Shown here in pieces: positions 13,093-32,650 of a DNA stretch of 64,000 bases. The position numbers were made by a program, and so were the translations under genes. How positions within the stretch are numbered: position 1 is the stretch's first letter; each line of letters starts with the position of its first letter. The DNA comes from Eledone cirrhosa (lineage: Eukaryota). A model generated the notes under the pieces. It saw only the letters and a program-made list of their open reading frames with translations. It was not told the origin of the DNA and ran no database searches. The stretch is from contig OZ024740.1 in the NCBI GenBank assembly GCA_964016885.1, positions 392,832,001-392,896,000 on the forward strand, given 5' to 3'.

Positions 13093-14292
13093 TGTGGTAA
13101 CACAACAGTTAGTTCACCATACCGAGAACAATTGTTTCACTTTAGCGGATCCTCAGCTCGGACTGGTCATGGTTATACGGAACAGGAAGAACAACCGTAT
13201 GAACGCGCATGCGCAGAAACGGTCGCTTCACCCAAGCGATACAATGCCACAGGCGAAAGATGAAAGGGAGATAACTGCGAAAGTCCGAAAAGTAGTTTGA
13301 GTTGATAAGAAAATTAGAATGATGTTATTCACTCCGGAGCCTTGTAGTTATGTAAGAGGTGTTTCCAGACATGTGAACAACGTGTGAAGATTTCATTTCT
13401 TGAATTTAGGCAATCGTTATTGCGTAATCTCCTTGGAATATTTATCCGTTCAGCAATACACAGTCCACAAGACGGTCTGCCCCTTGCGTATAGCTTGGAC
13501 TTAGTAATGGCTTTCCATTGAATGGAGTAGTCTATACTTGAGTCCTTGAGGGACCATACGTGGCTCGCGAGTTTCGTGGATGATCGTTTGTCCGGGTACC
13601 TAAAGGTCGACTGATGGTTCAGGAAGCGTTCCTTAAATCGGCCCTCCGCCATACCCACATGGGATTTCACCTCCTGTGGTTCATTTGGTCGGCTGGAAGT
13701 GACCACAGCTTCATAAACCACAGCGGCTGTGTTGCATTGCTGTTGAAGGGGACAAGCTTCAGGCTTTCGGCAAGAGTACCTTAGTGGGGTGCTGATCTTA
13801 GGGCTGTTGGTGATGTGGGCTTTCATATTCTTAGCGCATAAGTACCCTAGTTTTACTCTGTGTTTGTTAAAGATGGAGCGGTATTTGTGACCCATGGGAA
13901 TGTGTCTATCTAAGAGGGCTAAAAATGTTTTTCCTACATTAGTTTTAACGTTGAGTGACAATGGAGGAGAGAACCAGATAGTTTGTCTATTGTTGCGATT
14001 TCCTTTCTTATTGCTGTTGTTGTTAGTGGGAGAGTAAGTAATTGATTGCGAGAAGCCGCTGTTAGTTAATACCGTGTTATAGTAGGGTGCCGCTCTGTCA
14101 AAGATAGCCTTATTAGAGGAGAAGTTAGAGATTCTAGTACTGATATTATTTACGAAGTTTCTACAAACAGTAGGAGGGTGGCATGAGTCCTTGTGAATGT
14201 AATTAAGTTGCCACCCTCCTACTGTTTTTAGAAACTTCGTAAATAATACCAGTACTAGAATCTCTAACCTCTCCTCTAATAAGGCTATCTTT
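13093..14292 (-). mobile_element. 5'-truncated Penelope-like element (RT C-terminus + GIY-YIG + tail) with inverted 5' duplication
   Basis: YIHKDSCHPP...IWFSPPLSLNVKTNVGK...CRKPEACPLQQQC..AVVYEA..HVGMAEGRFKERFLNH..CGLCIAE..LNSRNE..CSH (stop 13329). 14207-14292 is the reverse complement of 14100-14183. Confidence 0.9.
13122..13161 (-). ncRNA. Minimal type I hammerhead ribozyme in the Penelope 3' tail
   Basis: ccgag CTGAGGA tccgctaaagt GAAA caattg TT ctcgg, about 170 nt downstream of the GIY-YIG stop on the same strand. Confidence 0.85.
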
Positions 14293-16698
14293 AGGTAGGT
14301 GTAAGACTATCAGTTGCTGGAAAATCGGTGTTATATGTATTTCAAGTACATTGGAAATAGTGCAAAATATCAAATTCTTAAATATTCGCAATCACCAGGA
14401 TCCTCAATGGGGAACGAAGACTTTAACCTAATATTGAGAACTTGGATATGGAACTAGTCTTTATTCAAAGTAATAAATTGTGTAAGGGAAATGAAATAGC
14501 TACGACCAGTGATCGAAACCGAATTGCAATCTCTTCATTATCAGCTTATCTTTGGTCATGGCATTTGTCACATCGAGCTAAGTATCACAAATTATTTTAA
14601 CATTTATTTAAAATGTCTAATATGACATTCTATTATTGCATCAACTAAACGGAAGCCTTAATAAGTAAAAACAAAACCATAAGCAAATAAAATTATCTTG
14701 TTTTTAGTTTCATGAAAGCCACTTGAGAATACTAACTCACACAATCTGGGAACCAAAACATCCTACACTTTCCTTAATGCAGCAACAACAAAAACTAAGC
14801 ACTAATATAACACACATATAAATGTGTATCCTTTCCCTATCTCTTTCATTCACTCACTTTCCCTCTATCACACGCACACACGGAGTACTCAACCGTACAT
14901 ACGCGCTCAACGACAATAACAAAACAGAAATATAACAAGTAACATGCTGATAGATAAATACGCTCACACATAAGTTGGTGTAAATTGTGTAAAGAAATAT
15001 CTTTAACGCATGAAGTCTTTCAAATGTTAAATGATGAAGCATTTCAAGAAGTTTACTTGGACTCTTCTGAAAGTCAGCTTAAAAAATACTAGTAGCGATA
15101 CTAACATTGATCAGAGAATCAATGGAACTTCTTCCCAGCAACAGCTATTATCAGTGTCTACAACACTAAATACACACTAAGTACGAGAGAAAGATAAAAA
15201 GAGAGAGTGTGTGTGTGAGAGAAAGAGGGGCGAGAGAGAGATAAAGAGAGGATGAGAAAGAGAGAGAGAGAATCCAGAATTCAAATGAGTTGGTGGCAAC
15301 CTGTGTAAATATAAACTATTCCGATTATAAGATAGCTGAGATGAGGGAAAATTCCAACGGTTAATATAAAGAGAATAACTTGTTCAGAAAGTATGTCTGA
15401 ATTTTGTATCAAAAAATGACATTTAAAGAAAAAAAAATAAATAAAAGGATCTTTTCGTTTTCTATTCTTTTTTGTGAGGGCTTCTCCAATGTCTTCCTCA
15501 AATTGATAGGCTGACAAGGTGAATGAAGGAGCGATGGACTAAAAGTCAAAGCAGAATATGAATACACACACACACAGAAACACTGACAGAGCATGCACAC
15601 GATAGCTTTGCACAGAAAGAGAAGAAAATAATGTGAATAGAATTTACTAAAATATTATGATATATACTTAAGGATTTCTTTCCAGAGAGCTTTAACTGAA
15701 GCATTTATTAAAAGCTTTCCGAGTTTCATTTAAATTGGGAATAGACGCAGGTATGGCTTAGTAGTTAAGAAACTTGCATCAATCTTGGATTCCTGAATTC
15801 GGTCCTACTGCGTGACGCCGTGGACAAATGTCTTTACCATAGCCTCGAGTCGACCCAAGATTTGTGAATGAAATTAGGTTGACGAAAACGGTATGGAAGC
15901 CCGTTGGATGGATGAACTGTACTTGTAACTCAAAGGTCCAACATTGTTACACGCTGGCATGACTTGGGAGTTACGTTATGGGTACAGCTATCTGGAATAC
16001 TGAACCACTTACATGTTCGTTCTTGAGTTGATCGAACAACTGTGAGCTCATCGTCAAATCCGACGGAAGATCCATCAGCTAGTTAATGGATGGGTGACTT
16101 CATTAGACAGTATTGCCATGCAATAAATTATACTTTATTAATATGGTTAATACCAATAAATCATTACCCAACACACACGCATTTTTTATGCGTGTGTGAT
16201 AAGCGGTGTCAATTGGTTTCACTTATCTGAAACCAGTTACCTTTTCCCATAATTCGCCATCGGAGAGGTGGCAAGCCAGTACAGTTGTTAGAACGCCAGA
16301 CAGAATATTATGCCGTATTCGTTCTGGTTCTCTGTGCCCTGATTTTAGAATGCCACTAAAATGAACATTGCCTTTTGTCTTTGCCTTCTGTCTTTGCCGA
16401 ATCGATAAATATTAAATCACCAATCCAGTACCGAGGTTCTTTCTTCTTTTCTCTATCTCTTTGTATGTTTCCCATTTTCTCTTTTTAGAAGAAATCGGTT
16501 GTGGTCTGAGTTTAAGCGTAATGAGCTCTAACAAGCTTAAGGTGCCGAAGATATGCAGTAAGTCACAATAATGCCCTCATGACTCCATCAATTGCTAATG
16601 GCATAAGTCAAGTCAAGACAAGGCAAAAATTAGCTTTTCTTTCTTTATGGGAATGTTTTTAACGTTTGACAAGAAAATTCTGCAATCATTTTTATTTC

Positions 16699-16765
16699 CG
16701 TACATTTCAAAAGCCATTGACGTACATTTCAAAAGCCATTGACGTACATTTCAAAAGCCATTGAC
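16699..16765. repeat. 22-bp tandem repeat x3
   Basis: cgtacatttcaaaagccattga repeated three times. Confidence 0.95.
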
Positions 16766-17029
16766 AAAATCATGATTATTACGCAGGTGTTATTTTTCTC
16801 ATCTTATAAATACGTGGTCTCCGGCTCATACTGTCAACTTATAAATAATTAGTGGTGACTGCTGCAGAGTAATAGAATAAGATACCAACCAAACTAATCT
16901 ACGCTATGATTTCCATTTCTGATTTAATTTTGAAAAAGGTTTGAACGAAAATGGAATCAGAATTTTGTTTACTCGAAAGATTTGGACCCTGAAACAACTG
17001 AAAATATAAAAAAGCCGGGATTTTCTTAC

Positions 17030-17141
17030 CTTTATATTTATCAGCATTAAAATCGGAAACAGCAAGAGTTGCTCCAAAATGAGATCTGTAAGCTGGTACG
17101 GATAATATCTCGTTCGTTTTATCAGAAAAGTCATGAAGAGA
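17030..17141 (-). CDS. Integrin alpha subunit exon (FG-GAP 6 start)
   Basis: ttttag|TCT...AAAG|gtaag, 112 nt, phase 0-1. Encodes SLHDFSDKTNEILSVPAYRSHFGATLAVSDFNADKYK and joins both neighbouring exons in frame. Confidence 0.9.
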
Positions 17142-17193
17142 CTAAAATATAAAACAAAAAGAACGTTTCTCGTTGACATTTGAACAAGAATGA

Positions 17194-17265
<72 letters not shown>

Positions 17266-17270
17266 AATAC

Positions 17271-17318
<48 letters not shown>

Positions 17319-17446
17319 GTAGGTCCCGGGTTGAGTCGGGGATAACCACAGTAAGTAACGTACTCAATACATGGTAGAGTAAACATTTTTTATTTTATAG
17401 AAGGAGCTTCCTAAATGTATAAATACCAGAACTTAATATGACACCT

Positions 17447-17497
17447 AGCTTCCTGAAGATTTCATCTGAATGAAACAGTACTAGTCCTGTAGAAGCT
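17447..17497 (+). ncRNA. Type I hammerhead ribozyme within fold-back tail 17318-17510
   Basis: agcttc CTGAAGA tttc atct gaat GAAA cag tactagtc ctg TA gaagct. Homologue at 53737. Confidence 0.8.
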
Positions 17498-17505
17498 CCT
17501 TCTAT

Positions 17506-17542
<37 letters not shown>

Positions 17543-17544
<2 letters not shown>

Positions 17545-17738
17545 CGAAGGAAGTGTGGTAAGGAACCAAGTGGACCATAACGCACCAGAGTACTCAATAC
17601 TTAGGGTAGTAGAGTGGGTAATAGGAAAATGTTCAAGACCCCGGCGGCAGAGCTCAAGCCGTTTCGACGGCTATTTCTCGCGAAATAGCCGTCGAAACGG
17701 CTTGAGCTCTGCCATCGGGGTCTTGAACATTTTCCTAT
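17543..17738. mobile_element. Fold-back Penelope-type tail carrying two hammerhead 3' halves (family also at 17958-18000, 21734-21840, 34480-34677, 40471-40560)
   Basis: Palindrome 17621-17738 centred near 17680; each arm reads approximately tagccgtc GAAA cggc ttgagctct gccg TC ggggt, with single substitutions. Confidence 0.75.
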
Positions 17739-17806
17739 ATATATATATAAATTAATAAAAACAATGAAATAAAAACAAAGAACAAGTTCCTTATATTAAA
17801 AAATTC

Positions 17807-17938
17807 ATTATTTTACGATCGTTTCTAGGATGTATATGTGTGTTGGTATGTATATCATATAGATCTATGTAAAAATATTACAAATTATCAGAGGAAATAT
17901 ACATACCTTCACATATACATGCTGTCTTCAGAAATGAT
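17807..17938 (-). ncRNA. Type I hammerhead ribozyme with long stem II
   Basis: atcattt CTGAAGA cagcatgtatatgtg..cacatatacatccta GAAA cgatcg TA aaataat. Confidence 0.7.
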
Positions 17939-18401
17939 ATATATATATATATATATATAGGAAAATGTTCAAGACCCCGACGGCAGAGCTCAAGCCGTTT
18001 ATATATATATATATATGGGATAACAAATTATCGTTATAGGTAGTCCAGTTAGAGGTTGTGAATACTCTGTATTGTGGGTATATATTTAATATTTTCATGT
18101 TTATACCATCACATCTTTATATTTTAGCCACCAACACCACAACTATTTTCAACAATCATATTATGTTCACTTTTCTTTGCACACATATACATTTTTTATT
18201 TATTTTTTATCATCTTCATTATAACTTATTTATTTTTATTATTTATTTATTATTTATTATTTTTTATTTTTATTTATCTTTTTTCTTTTGTCTTCTTTCT
18301 TTTTCTCTCTATCTTTTTCTTTTTTTCTTTTTCTTTCTTTATTACTGATGTTGTGATTTGAATTTCCCTAGTATATTACAAACGTAGTATATAATTTTAA
18401 T

Positions 18402-18514
18402 CAGTTTTTCTGATAATTTGGTTAAGCATACATTGTATTTTGAATTGAGTGACACAACTTCAAGTGATTAGCAATGTTTAAACAACTTAATCAATGAAAT
18501 AATTGTTAATACTG
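18402..18514 (+). ncRNA. Degenerate hammerhead ribozyme (sister copy split at 32112-32292)
   Basis: cagttttt CTGATAA tttggttaag..cttaatcaat GAAA taattg TT aatactg. Core is mutated relative to the sister (cagtatt CCGATGA tttgatcag; GAAA caattg TT aatac). Confidence 0.55.
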
Positions 18515-18561
18515 TAAATAAAACCCTTTTTGTACTGTTGACCATGTTATTCTTCACTCTT

Positions 18562-18612
<51 letters not shown>

Positions 18613-19573
18613 CAAAGAGATATTTAATTTGCTGGTAATTCAACAAATTTATAACGGATTCGAAGCACTCGACATGATTCCTGGAATATAATGATATTAA
18701 TGAATGGAAACTATATTTATAAAACCATATTTATTTTATTATATATATTTCAAGGGTACCAAACAATATTTGGTACGCCCTCATCAAATAAAATACAAAA
18801 TTTGTTTTATAAATAGTGACATACCCGAGAAACCAGACCTTATCGGTTCAGATTCCGTTTGGATAGTGAAAGAAAAAGAGAAGAATTTCAAATCTTGAGG
18901 ATGGATATGTAAATGATGTATAAGCGTAGACTGAAAAAATCGTTATATTTGGACGCTAGGTAAATTTAAATAATTATTAGGATACTTTATAAAAGAAGAA
19001 GAAGAAGAAAGAAGAAAGATAGACTAATATTAGTATTAAGGTGTAAGTAGATTAAAAAATTAAAAATTAAAAATGTGTTGAAGTAGTAGAATACTAATCC
19101 AAAAATTTAAAATATATAATATATAACCAAATCATGAGTTATAATATTATATAGATAATCTATAAAATTAGATTTTATGAGGAATAAGGTTGTAAGTACA
19201 CTTTAGCTAAAATCACATCTTAAACTATGGAACGATACAAATGAAGTAATATATTGGTTTGCAGACATTAAATTAAAACATAAGAAAAAATTTATTCAAA
19301 TGGATATTACAAATTACTACTCCTCAATTACCCCTAGCTTACTTAATAAGGCACTTATTTAAGAATTCACGATTGTTAATTATGTTACCACCTTCAGACA
19401 GAAAGATAGCAACCAAACACAAAGCGGTTTCCTCTAAGTAAAAATAGTACTTAAAGAGCACCGACATTCGATGAAAAATAAGAGAAGCTACTGGAAACCG
19501 CTTCAAAATTATCTCAATTGTACAGTTGTAGCTCAAGGGTGACAATCCAAATTACAAACATAAATTCGCTTAC

Positions 19574-19729
19574 TGGGGTTCCTTCTGAGTATAAAATATA
19601 AACTCGACCTTCCTCAGGATATTTTTCAGAATAAAATGGTGCACCGACAATAACGTCATCTCTGCCATCGTAATTAACGTCTCCCACGGCAATCGCGGCT
19701 CCAAAGTAACTTCCAAAAGTGAATTTATT
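19574..19729 (-). CDS. Integrin alpha subunit exon (FG-GAP 5)
   Basis: ttttcag|AAT...CCA|gtaag, 156 nt, phase 0-0. Encodes NKFTFGSYFGAAIAVGDVNYDGRDDVIVGAPFYSEKYPEEGRVYILYSEGTP. Confidence 0.96.
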
Positions 19730-20736
19730 CTGAAAATTGATAAAAGTCCATTATTCGTTTTTTGATAACACAAGGCGATTACATAATGAATATCTTTTAC
19801 CAAGAGCAACAAGAAAGTATCTAAAAGACCTGCAATAATACATATATCAGAGAAGAGATATTTAAAGTAGCAACAGTGTGTGTAAAATAATTCAAAACGA
19901 CGTTGTTCTGTCACATAATAGTTCTATTTCAAAAAAGTCATTATCTCTATGGCGGAAAGGAACTCAGTATAAATATATACAGATAATCCCGATCCCCCTT
20001 TATACACCTCCTATTCACACTTACAAGTACATATATAGTGTATATTCTTTAAATAAAAAAGGAGAGCATGTTTCTTCATCTTCAAATGCTTATTCTCAAT
20101 TCGCAGATATGCCTCAACGGAATTGGAGTGATTATGTGTATATATTTACAAATGAAAGAAGAGAGCACTCAGTATATTATATAGAGATTATATTTATTGG
20201 GATTCACTCCATTGTTACTCGAAGTTTCACACTGTAATTTAGACATGTGATAAGTTATCATGTGAAGTCTCATGGTTGAATATGTTAGGATAAACGTATA
20301 GGTGGATTTGACATCTAGAAATACGTAAGTAGCATATACTATTTCATAACAAACAGAATCTAAGACAACCAGTGTAATTATAACCTTATTCCTTGGGATC
20401 GACCGCACTGATCTACACAACTGCAAATTATTTGTGGCTGCCAAGATGGCATAACTCTTCGTAGGTTAAAGGATGTCAAAGTAGATATTATATAAAGGGA
20501 TTAATTAAAAGATTATAACGATTCCAATTGCAAATATATGTAAAGTTTTTCAAACAATTTCCAGTAATCATAATTCTTTTCTTATGCTATAAATGCTGCA
20601 GGCGAAAATGTACTTACTCATATCTAAGTGCTAATCCATATATTGAGTATTAAGTATATATTTTAATTAAAGTTATTTCTGGAACTCATAGCAGTAAAAT
20701 AGATGTACTGAATATATAATATACAAATAACCTTAA

Positions 20737-21733
<997 letters not shown>

Positions 21734-21736
<3 letters not shown>

Positions 21737-23009
21737 AACCAGTAAGACCCCGACAGCTGAGCTCAAGCCGTTTCGACGGCTAATTCTGGACTAAATGAAA
21801 ATTTATCCTGGTATTTAAATAGCCGATCTTCTCAAGGGGTAATTCCATATATGGTCAAAGTGATTGTCAAAAATCAGTAGTAATTCTGTGGTTGCAAATT
21901 AGTAGGGGAGATGGTGGCTAAACCTGCCAGTAGGAGAAAGAGGGGAGGGGGTGGAGTAGACCCAATCAAGCGTTGGTAGTGCCAGCTACAGCTGGGCATG
22001 AGGTCAAAGAAGATACAGGGGAGGGGGAGGGGGAGGAAACCGGAACGGTAGGTAGAACAATGGGGGGTAGAAGTATCTAGGAAAGAAAAAATACTGAGAG
22101 AGAAGAAAAGCAAATAAGTGTAAAGAAAAAAGTAAAGTAAATTAAATTCTACGACCAAGGTGTCAGGCTATTGTTAGGCTAGAATAAAATAAAGAAAGAA
22201 AGAAAGAAGTAAATAAATAAATAAATAAATAAATAACGAAATAAGTAAAAGAACTAGGTGGGACGGATAGGCAAGGACCCTTTTAAGAGGTATAAGTACG
22301 TAAATGATACGGTGACGGGTCAACAAAAGGGGCCAAAATACTAAAGAGACTACCACGAAATAAACAATAAAGGTTTCCATCCCGGGCCAGCAACGACCCA
22401 GTGCAGCAAAGTGAACTTGTACGAGATAATAATTCTGAGTCCCGAGAAAAATATAAACTAATGCTAACTCTAAAAGATCTAAAACAAGCTACAAGAAAGT
22501 TCGTACGAAATAAAGGTAGAATACGGAGAAATAAATTCAGAATCCACCCCGCCCAGAAGAAAAGCGAAGCAAGAAATACTGAAACGAAAAAATAAGGCAT
22601 AAGTGCCACTAAGAAATATAGAGGGCACAGAGAATAGTGGGAGCGGTCGGAAAGAGGGGGCAAGTATCCGGGGTCTAAGCCAACTGCTATAAAGGGCGGA
22701 GTCCGCCAAATCTATCATAGACTAGGGGAGGGGGTGGTGGGGGTACTAAGGCTACATGGGGCTAAAGGGCAGCCTCGGGTGGGCGAGAAAAGAAGCCGAC
22801 AAAGGAGAAGAGCTGGGGTAGAAGGACAAAGGAGAGAGGGGGGAAGGAAATAAAGGAAGCGATAAAAGAATACAAAGAAGATCTTACGTCTTCCTTGGCA
22901 AGCAGGGGTTACCCATTGCAAAATCGGCAAGTGGGGTGTTATAGCCCTAGTCTACCCCCCCGGGTCATTATGGGGTTTGAGGGCGAGGTAAGTCCTACGC
23001 AATCTATGT

Positions 23010-23010
<1 letters not shown>
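21734..23010 (-). mobile_element. 1.27-kb non-coding insertion ending in the U3:A8 hammerhead; probably a Penelope-type 3' region
   Basis: Flanked by TA arrays on both sides, with strong purine skew and no recognisable ORF. Confidence 0.45.
21747..21840 (-). ncRNA. Type I hammerhead ribozyme, U3:A8 core variant
   Basis: acccc TTGAGAA gatcggctattt..aattagccgtc GAAA cggc ttgagctca gctg TC ggggt. Confidence 0.8.
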
Positions 23011-28305
<5,295 letters not shown>

Positions 28306-28351
28306 ACCACCCTCAAATACATGTTTCCTTGTGGTTGATCGGATGATATTA

Positions 28352-28400
28352 ACGTCATTTGATGAATGTCCCAAAAGATCCGAAAATCGATTAAAGATGT
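28352..28400 (+). ncRNA. Degenerate minimal hammerhead ribozyme
   Basis: acgtcat TTGATGA atgtcccaaaagatcc GAAA atcgat TA aagatgt. Palindromic stem III, weak stem II. Confidence 0.5.
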
Positions 28401-28625
28401 TTATCATTTTTATCAATTTACATGAAAATTCGTATTTTCTAGCATGTTTACATGTCTCCAAATTAGACATGTGTATAATTTATATAATTTATACACGTTG
28501 GTGCAATCTCGGCTACACACTTTGTATTTATACAGATTTAACTTAATCATGCACATCGGTTGAGAGAGCACTTCACACACACACACGCACTATCTATTTA
28601 TATATATATATGAAAGTATACCTAC

Positions 28626-28661
28626 CTTAGGAGCAACAATCAATTGTGTATCTATTTGGAT
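28626..28661 (-). CDS. Integrin alpha subunit 36-nt microexon
   Basis: ttttgttttacag|ATC...AAG|gtagg, phase 0-0. IQIDTQLIVAPK bridges YEYGA and NKFTFGSYFG. Confidence 0.8.
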
Positions 28662-28823
28662 CTGTAAAACAAAACAGAGTAGAAATATATATGACCTACT
28701 AAAAATATGAGATAAATTTGATCTCACACTCTACCATCTTAATAAAAGAGGACATATGGGATATTGTAACTGTGATCAAAGTCAGACTTTGACCACAAAC
28801 CTTTTCTATCAAGGAGGTCATGG

Positions 28824-28857
<34 letters not shown>

Positions 28858-29034
28858 CGATTCTTCCAAATTCTTTTCAGCAGATGATTGTAATTTATAT
28901 AATTCTGAAACCTAGACCAATGTCCATATTGGAAAGAAAAGATAAATAAACGAAACATCCAAAACAACAAAAACTAAATTACAAAAGCACTACCACTACC
29001 ACCACCTACGACAACAACAACAACACCACAATAC

Positions 29035-29077
<43 letters not shown>

Positions 29078-29117
29078 AAATTCTAGCGTCGGCAGACGTC
29101 GGGGTATAGTCGAATAT

Positions 29118-29460
29118 AGGCGGCGAATTGGCAGAGTCGTTGGAATGTCGGATAGAATGCTTTATGGCATTTGTTCCGGTTCTCAGCTCTCTGAGTTCAA
29201 ATCCCGCCGTGGTCAACTCTGCCTTTCATCCTTTCGAAGTCGATAAAATACGTACCAGTCTAATACTGGAGTCGATTTTTCCTCTGTATTTCTTTCTCAT
29301 TTCCTCTCTCTCACTTTCTATCTTTCTCTGGAAGAAATCTGCTGTACTCAGGCCTGGAGAAGGATGGTCTCCACTAGGCTTAAAATGTCCAAGAAACGCC
29401 GTATGTCCATATGGATCCCCTATGACTCTGTCAGGAGTTACGGGAGCATACATACATGCA
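29118..29460 (+). mobile_element. Nin-domain SINE with an alternative tail (similar at 16265-16600 and 34190-34437)
   Basis: tRNA head and Nin core followed by ctggaagaaat..aaaatgtccaagaaacgccg..gactctgtcaggagtt and an (ATAC)n end. Confidence 0.7.
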
Positions 29461-31871
29461 TAGGCGATTATATCGGGTACAGTATATTCTTAGTACATTA
29501 TGTTATCGATCTTCGAAAAACAAAAAGACAAATATACAACTAGGTCGGATTTGAATTCATGACATAACTAAACTATAAAAGTTGTTTTGTGTGGCACCTT
29601 TCAGATTCTGCCACTCAAGATAATAATGATTTTGTATATTAGCATGTGTCACACATTCATAGTCGATTGAATTGATTCGTATTATATTACTGGTACTTAT
29701 ATCAGATCGGGAAGGATGAAGCAAAAAATCCATATCACTGTGATAAGAGCAAGAAAAAATGTATTCATATTGCACCATGCCCTCGTTAAAAAGAAGATGA
29801 ATATATTGGATAATATAGTCCTAGATACACAATGCTTCGAAAATTAGACGGGGTAGTCATGGTTAAACAGCAATACAATTTTCTAGCAATGGTGGAATAT
29901 TTTTGAGGTGAGAGTTTAATCAATTATACCAACCCCAGTCAGTTCCAGATTAGCCATTAAATGATAAGGGCAAATAGAGAAAGAATCACCACAAAACGCT
30001 TTCCATTCCGAATTTACCATGGCTAAATTAGAACAATGTTTTATGAATAAAAAGTGTTGAAAATTTGCATTTTTCCTATTGACCTAGTTATAAGTACACA
30101 TTTTTTTTCCTTATTGTATATAGTTATTTAGTGTTTAAAAAATAAAGTTTAACAGCCGCTTATATTAAATATAGTTGTGGACTTTATTAGTTAAGCTACG
30201 AGAAAATGTGATTTTGATGTATTATTTCTCACACATGTCTTATGTCTAAATGATTTGTTAGTTGAACAATTGAAGGGCCGAAGCATCATCATTGTTGAGC
30301 AGGGATTAGGTCATCATTTGACCTTAATCAGGCGCTGACTACAGCAATTTGACCATTACTCATTTTATCAACACCCGGAAGTATGGAAGGCAGAGTCAAT
30401 CGCAACGATATTTGAACTCTAAACGTAAAGTGGCGTAGCTTAATTCTACAAGACATTTAGATTGCTGCTATTGGAATTCTCTGAATTCAACGTCCGTTCG
30501 TAATAACACTATTATTAATAGTATTAATTCTATTATTGGACAAGACCTCACATTTGAGGAGAGGAATATAGATGATTAAATCGACATTAGTACATGCTTG
30601 GTACTTTATTTATGATAAAAAATACAATTGGAATGATGAAAAGCATAGTTAACTGTAGAGGAATTTGAACATAAAGAGTCGTAACTAAATATCACAAAGT
30701 ATTTTGTCTAAGGCTCCAACGATTCTGTCATTTCACTGTCATTCATAACAATATTAATAATATTATTAAAGAATAAATTGAAAAAGGATTTTAAGATATT
30801 GATAAATAGAAGAAAAGCAATTGAGGAATTGTCCAGGTCCTTGGTATTCTTTTTTTATTTTCAATTCATGCATTTTCAAAGACATGAACGCCGCAACGAC
30901 CCATTGCTGGCTACAAAACTGCTTTTAAGTTGGTGTTAAAATATGTAATGCCGTAAGCATTCAAAAACTAAAAAGAATTAATTATGCAATGAAAAAAAAA
31001 CACAATATTAGTCAAACTGATGTTATTTTAATTTTACCAGCAAGCACGGGAGATAACTTCGGAGATGTTTCCGTTTGATATTCTGACCTCATTATCAAAG
31101 CAAATATTTTACTGTACTTGCCAAACTATTTATAAAAGATTAAATAAGATTTTTAGAAATTAAGTAATTAATATATTGTGGAAGAAAAATTAGTTAAACA
31201 GCTTATGCAACACAAATGAACTAATATGATCCAACTGGGAAACAAATCGAAACACAGTTTTAACTCGCAAAGAGTGTACCTACACTATATCCGTATATTT
31301 CGTAGTTGTAGGATGATAAATAGCGAATATTTTCGAAATAATGAAAGTCCGTATGCTGCAATTACAATTTCCTTCGAAACTATGTTTTAAACACATTTAT
31401 CATTTGTTTCAAATCTGTGGAAATGTATCATCTTATAGAATATGATGAACAGATGAATTATTCTAGTGACAAGATTCAGATATGGTAATTTAAATGAAAA
31501 ACATACGTATATCGATACATATAAGTAAAACAAACTCAGAATACCATCAAATAAGATACATTGGATAAAAACGTATCAATCAAAGTAATTTCATATTATT
31601 AAAGCCTGCTTGAGATCAGGAGCCAGTAAGGAATATATTCGAAGCATGTGGGTATGACATAATTCTCAGGTTTAAAACTACAATGGATAAAAGTACAACG
31701 GGAGGAAACATAATAGTAGCACTGATGATGTTGCAGATGTACAACTAAAGAACTTTGATAGACTATATATATATATTTATATCTGTATTTTTAACCGTTG
31801 GTCAGTCAATGATAAACATTGATTGCCAAATAAATTAACTATGGTTATATAAAAGATACAGAAGCGAAAAC

Positions 31872-31931
31872 CATTCGTCGGTGGCGATTGTCAAACTGAG
31901 ATCTCAGTTTGACAATCACCACCGACGAATG
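31872..31931. repeat. 60-bp near-perfect hairpin
   Basis: cattcgtcggtggcgattgtcaaactgaga|tctcagtttgacaatcaccaccgacgaatg, one mismatch. Confidence 0.9.
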
Positions 31932-32362
31932 CGAGAAGGTTCTCCAGGAAAGTTAACCAGGAATCTTTAAAAATCTTCCCACCGAAGTTAACAAAGAACT
32001 TACTAGATCTACCAACTTATAATATTATAATATAAAATTAATTCAAATTGTTTAGAACTACAGGTGAAGTCATTCTTTTCCTTTTTTTTTTCAAATATAT
32101 ATATATATATTGAAAGAGTAAAGAATAGCATGGTCGGCTGTACAAAAAGGGTTTTATTTATTGTATTAACAATTGTTTCATTGATCAGGTGAGTCTAAAG
32201 GCCGCTGATCACTCGAAATTGCGTCACTCGACCTTAAATACAGTGTGCGTCTCTGATCCAGTATTCCGATGATTTGATCAGAGACGCACACTATGTTGAA
32301 GGTCCATTTCCCTTCTACTATTTGTTTTTATATATATAAACTCGTGTGTCACTTTTCTACAT

Positions 32363-32478
<116 letters not shown>

Positions 32479-32650
32479 CAGGTAGACGCACTCCATCATC
32501 CACTTTTTCAAAAAATAATATATCATACACGAAACGCCAGTATAAACAGTTTTCCAAGAAATGACAACATCAATGGACCTGTTATTTTTCTCTAAAAACA
32601 TTTTTTCCAATTCCACCCCGCCCGTTCCTTCAATCTTTCTATTTTCTCAT

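Noticed and set aside
19339-19545. Possible GIY-YIG C-terminus (LEE..NIINNREFLNKC), with a possible decayed hammerhead at 18645-18795
   Set aside because: Too degenerate to call without a profile search.
31280-31355. Possible extra integrin exon (..NYEIYGYSV)
   Set aside because: Weak splice sites, incompatible phase, and the flanking exons already join in frame.
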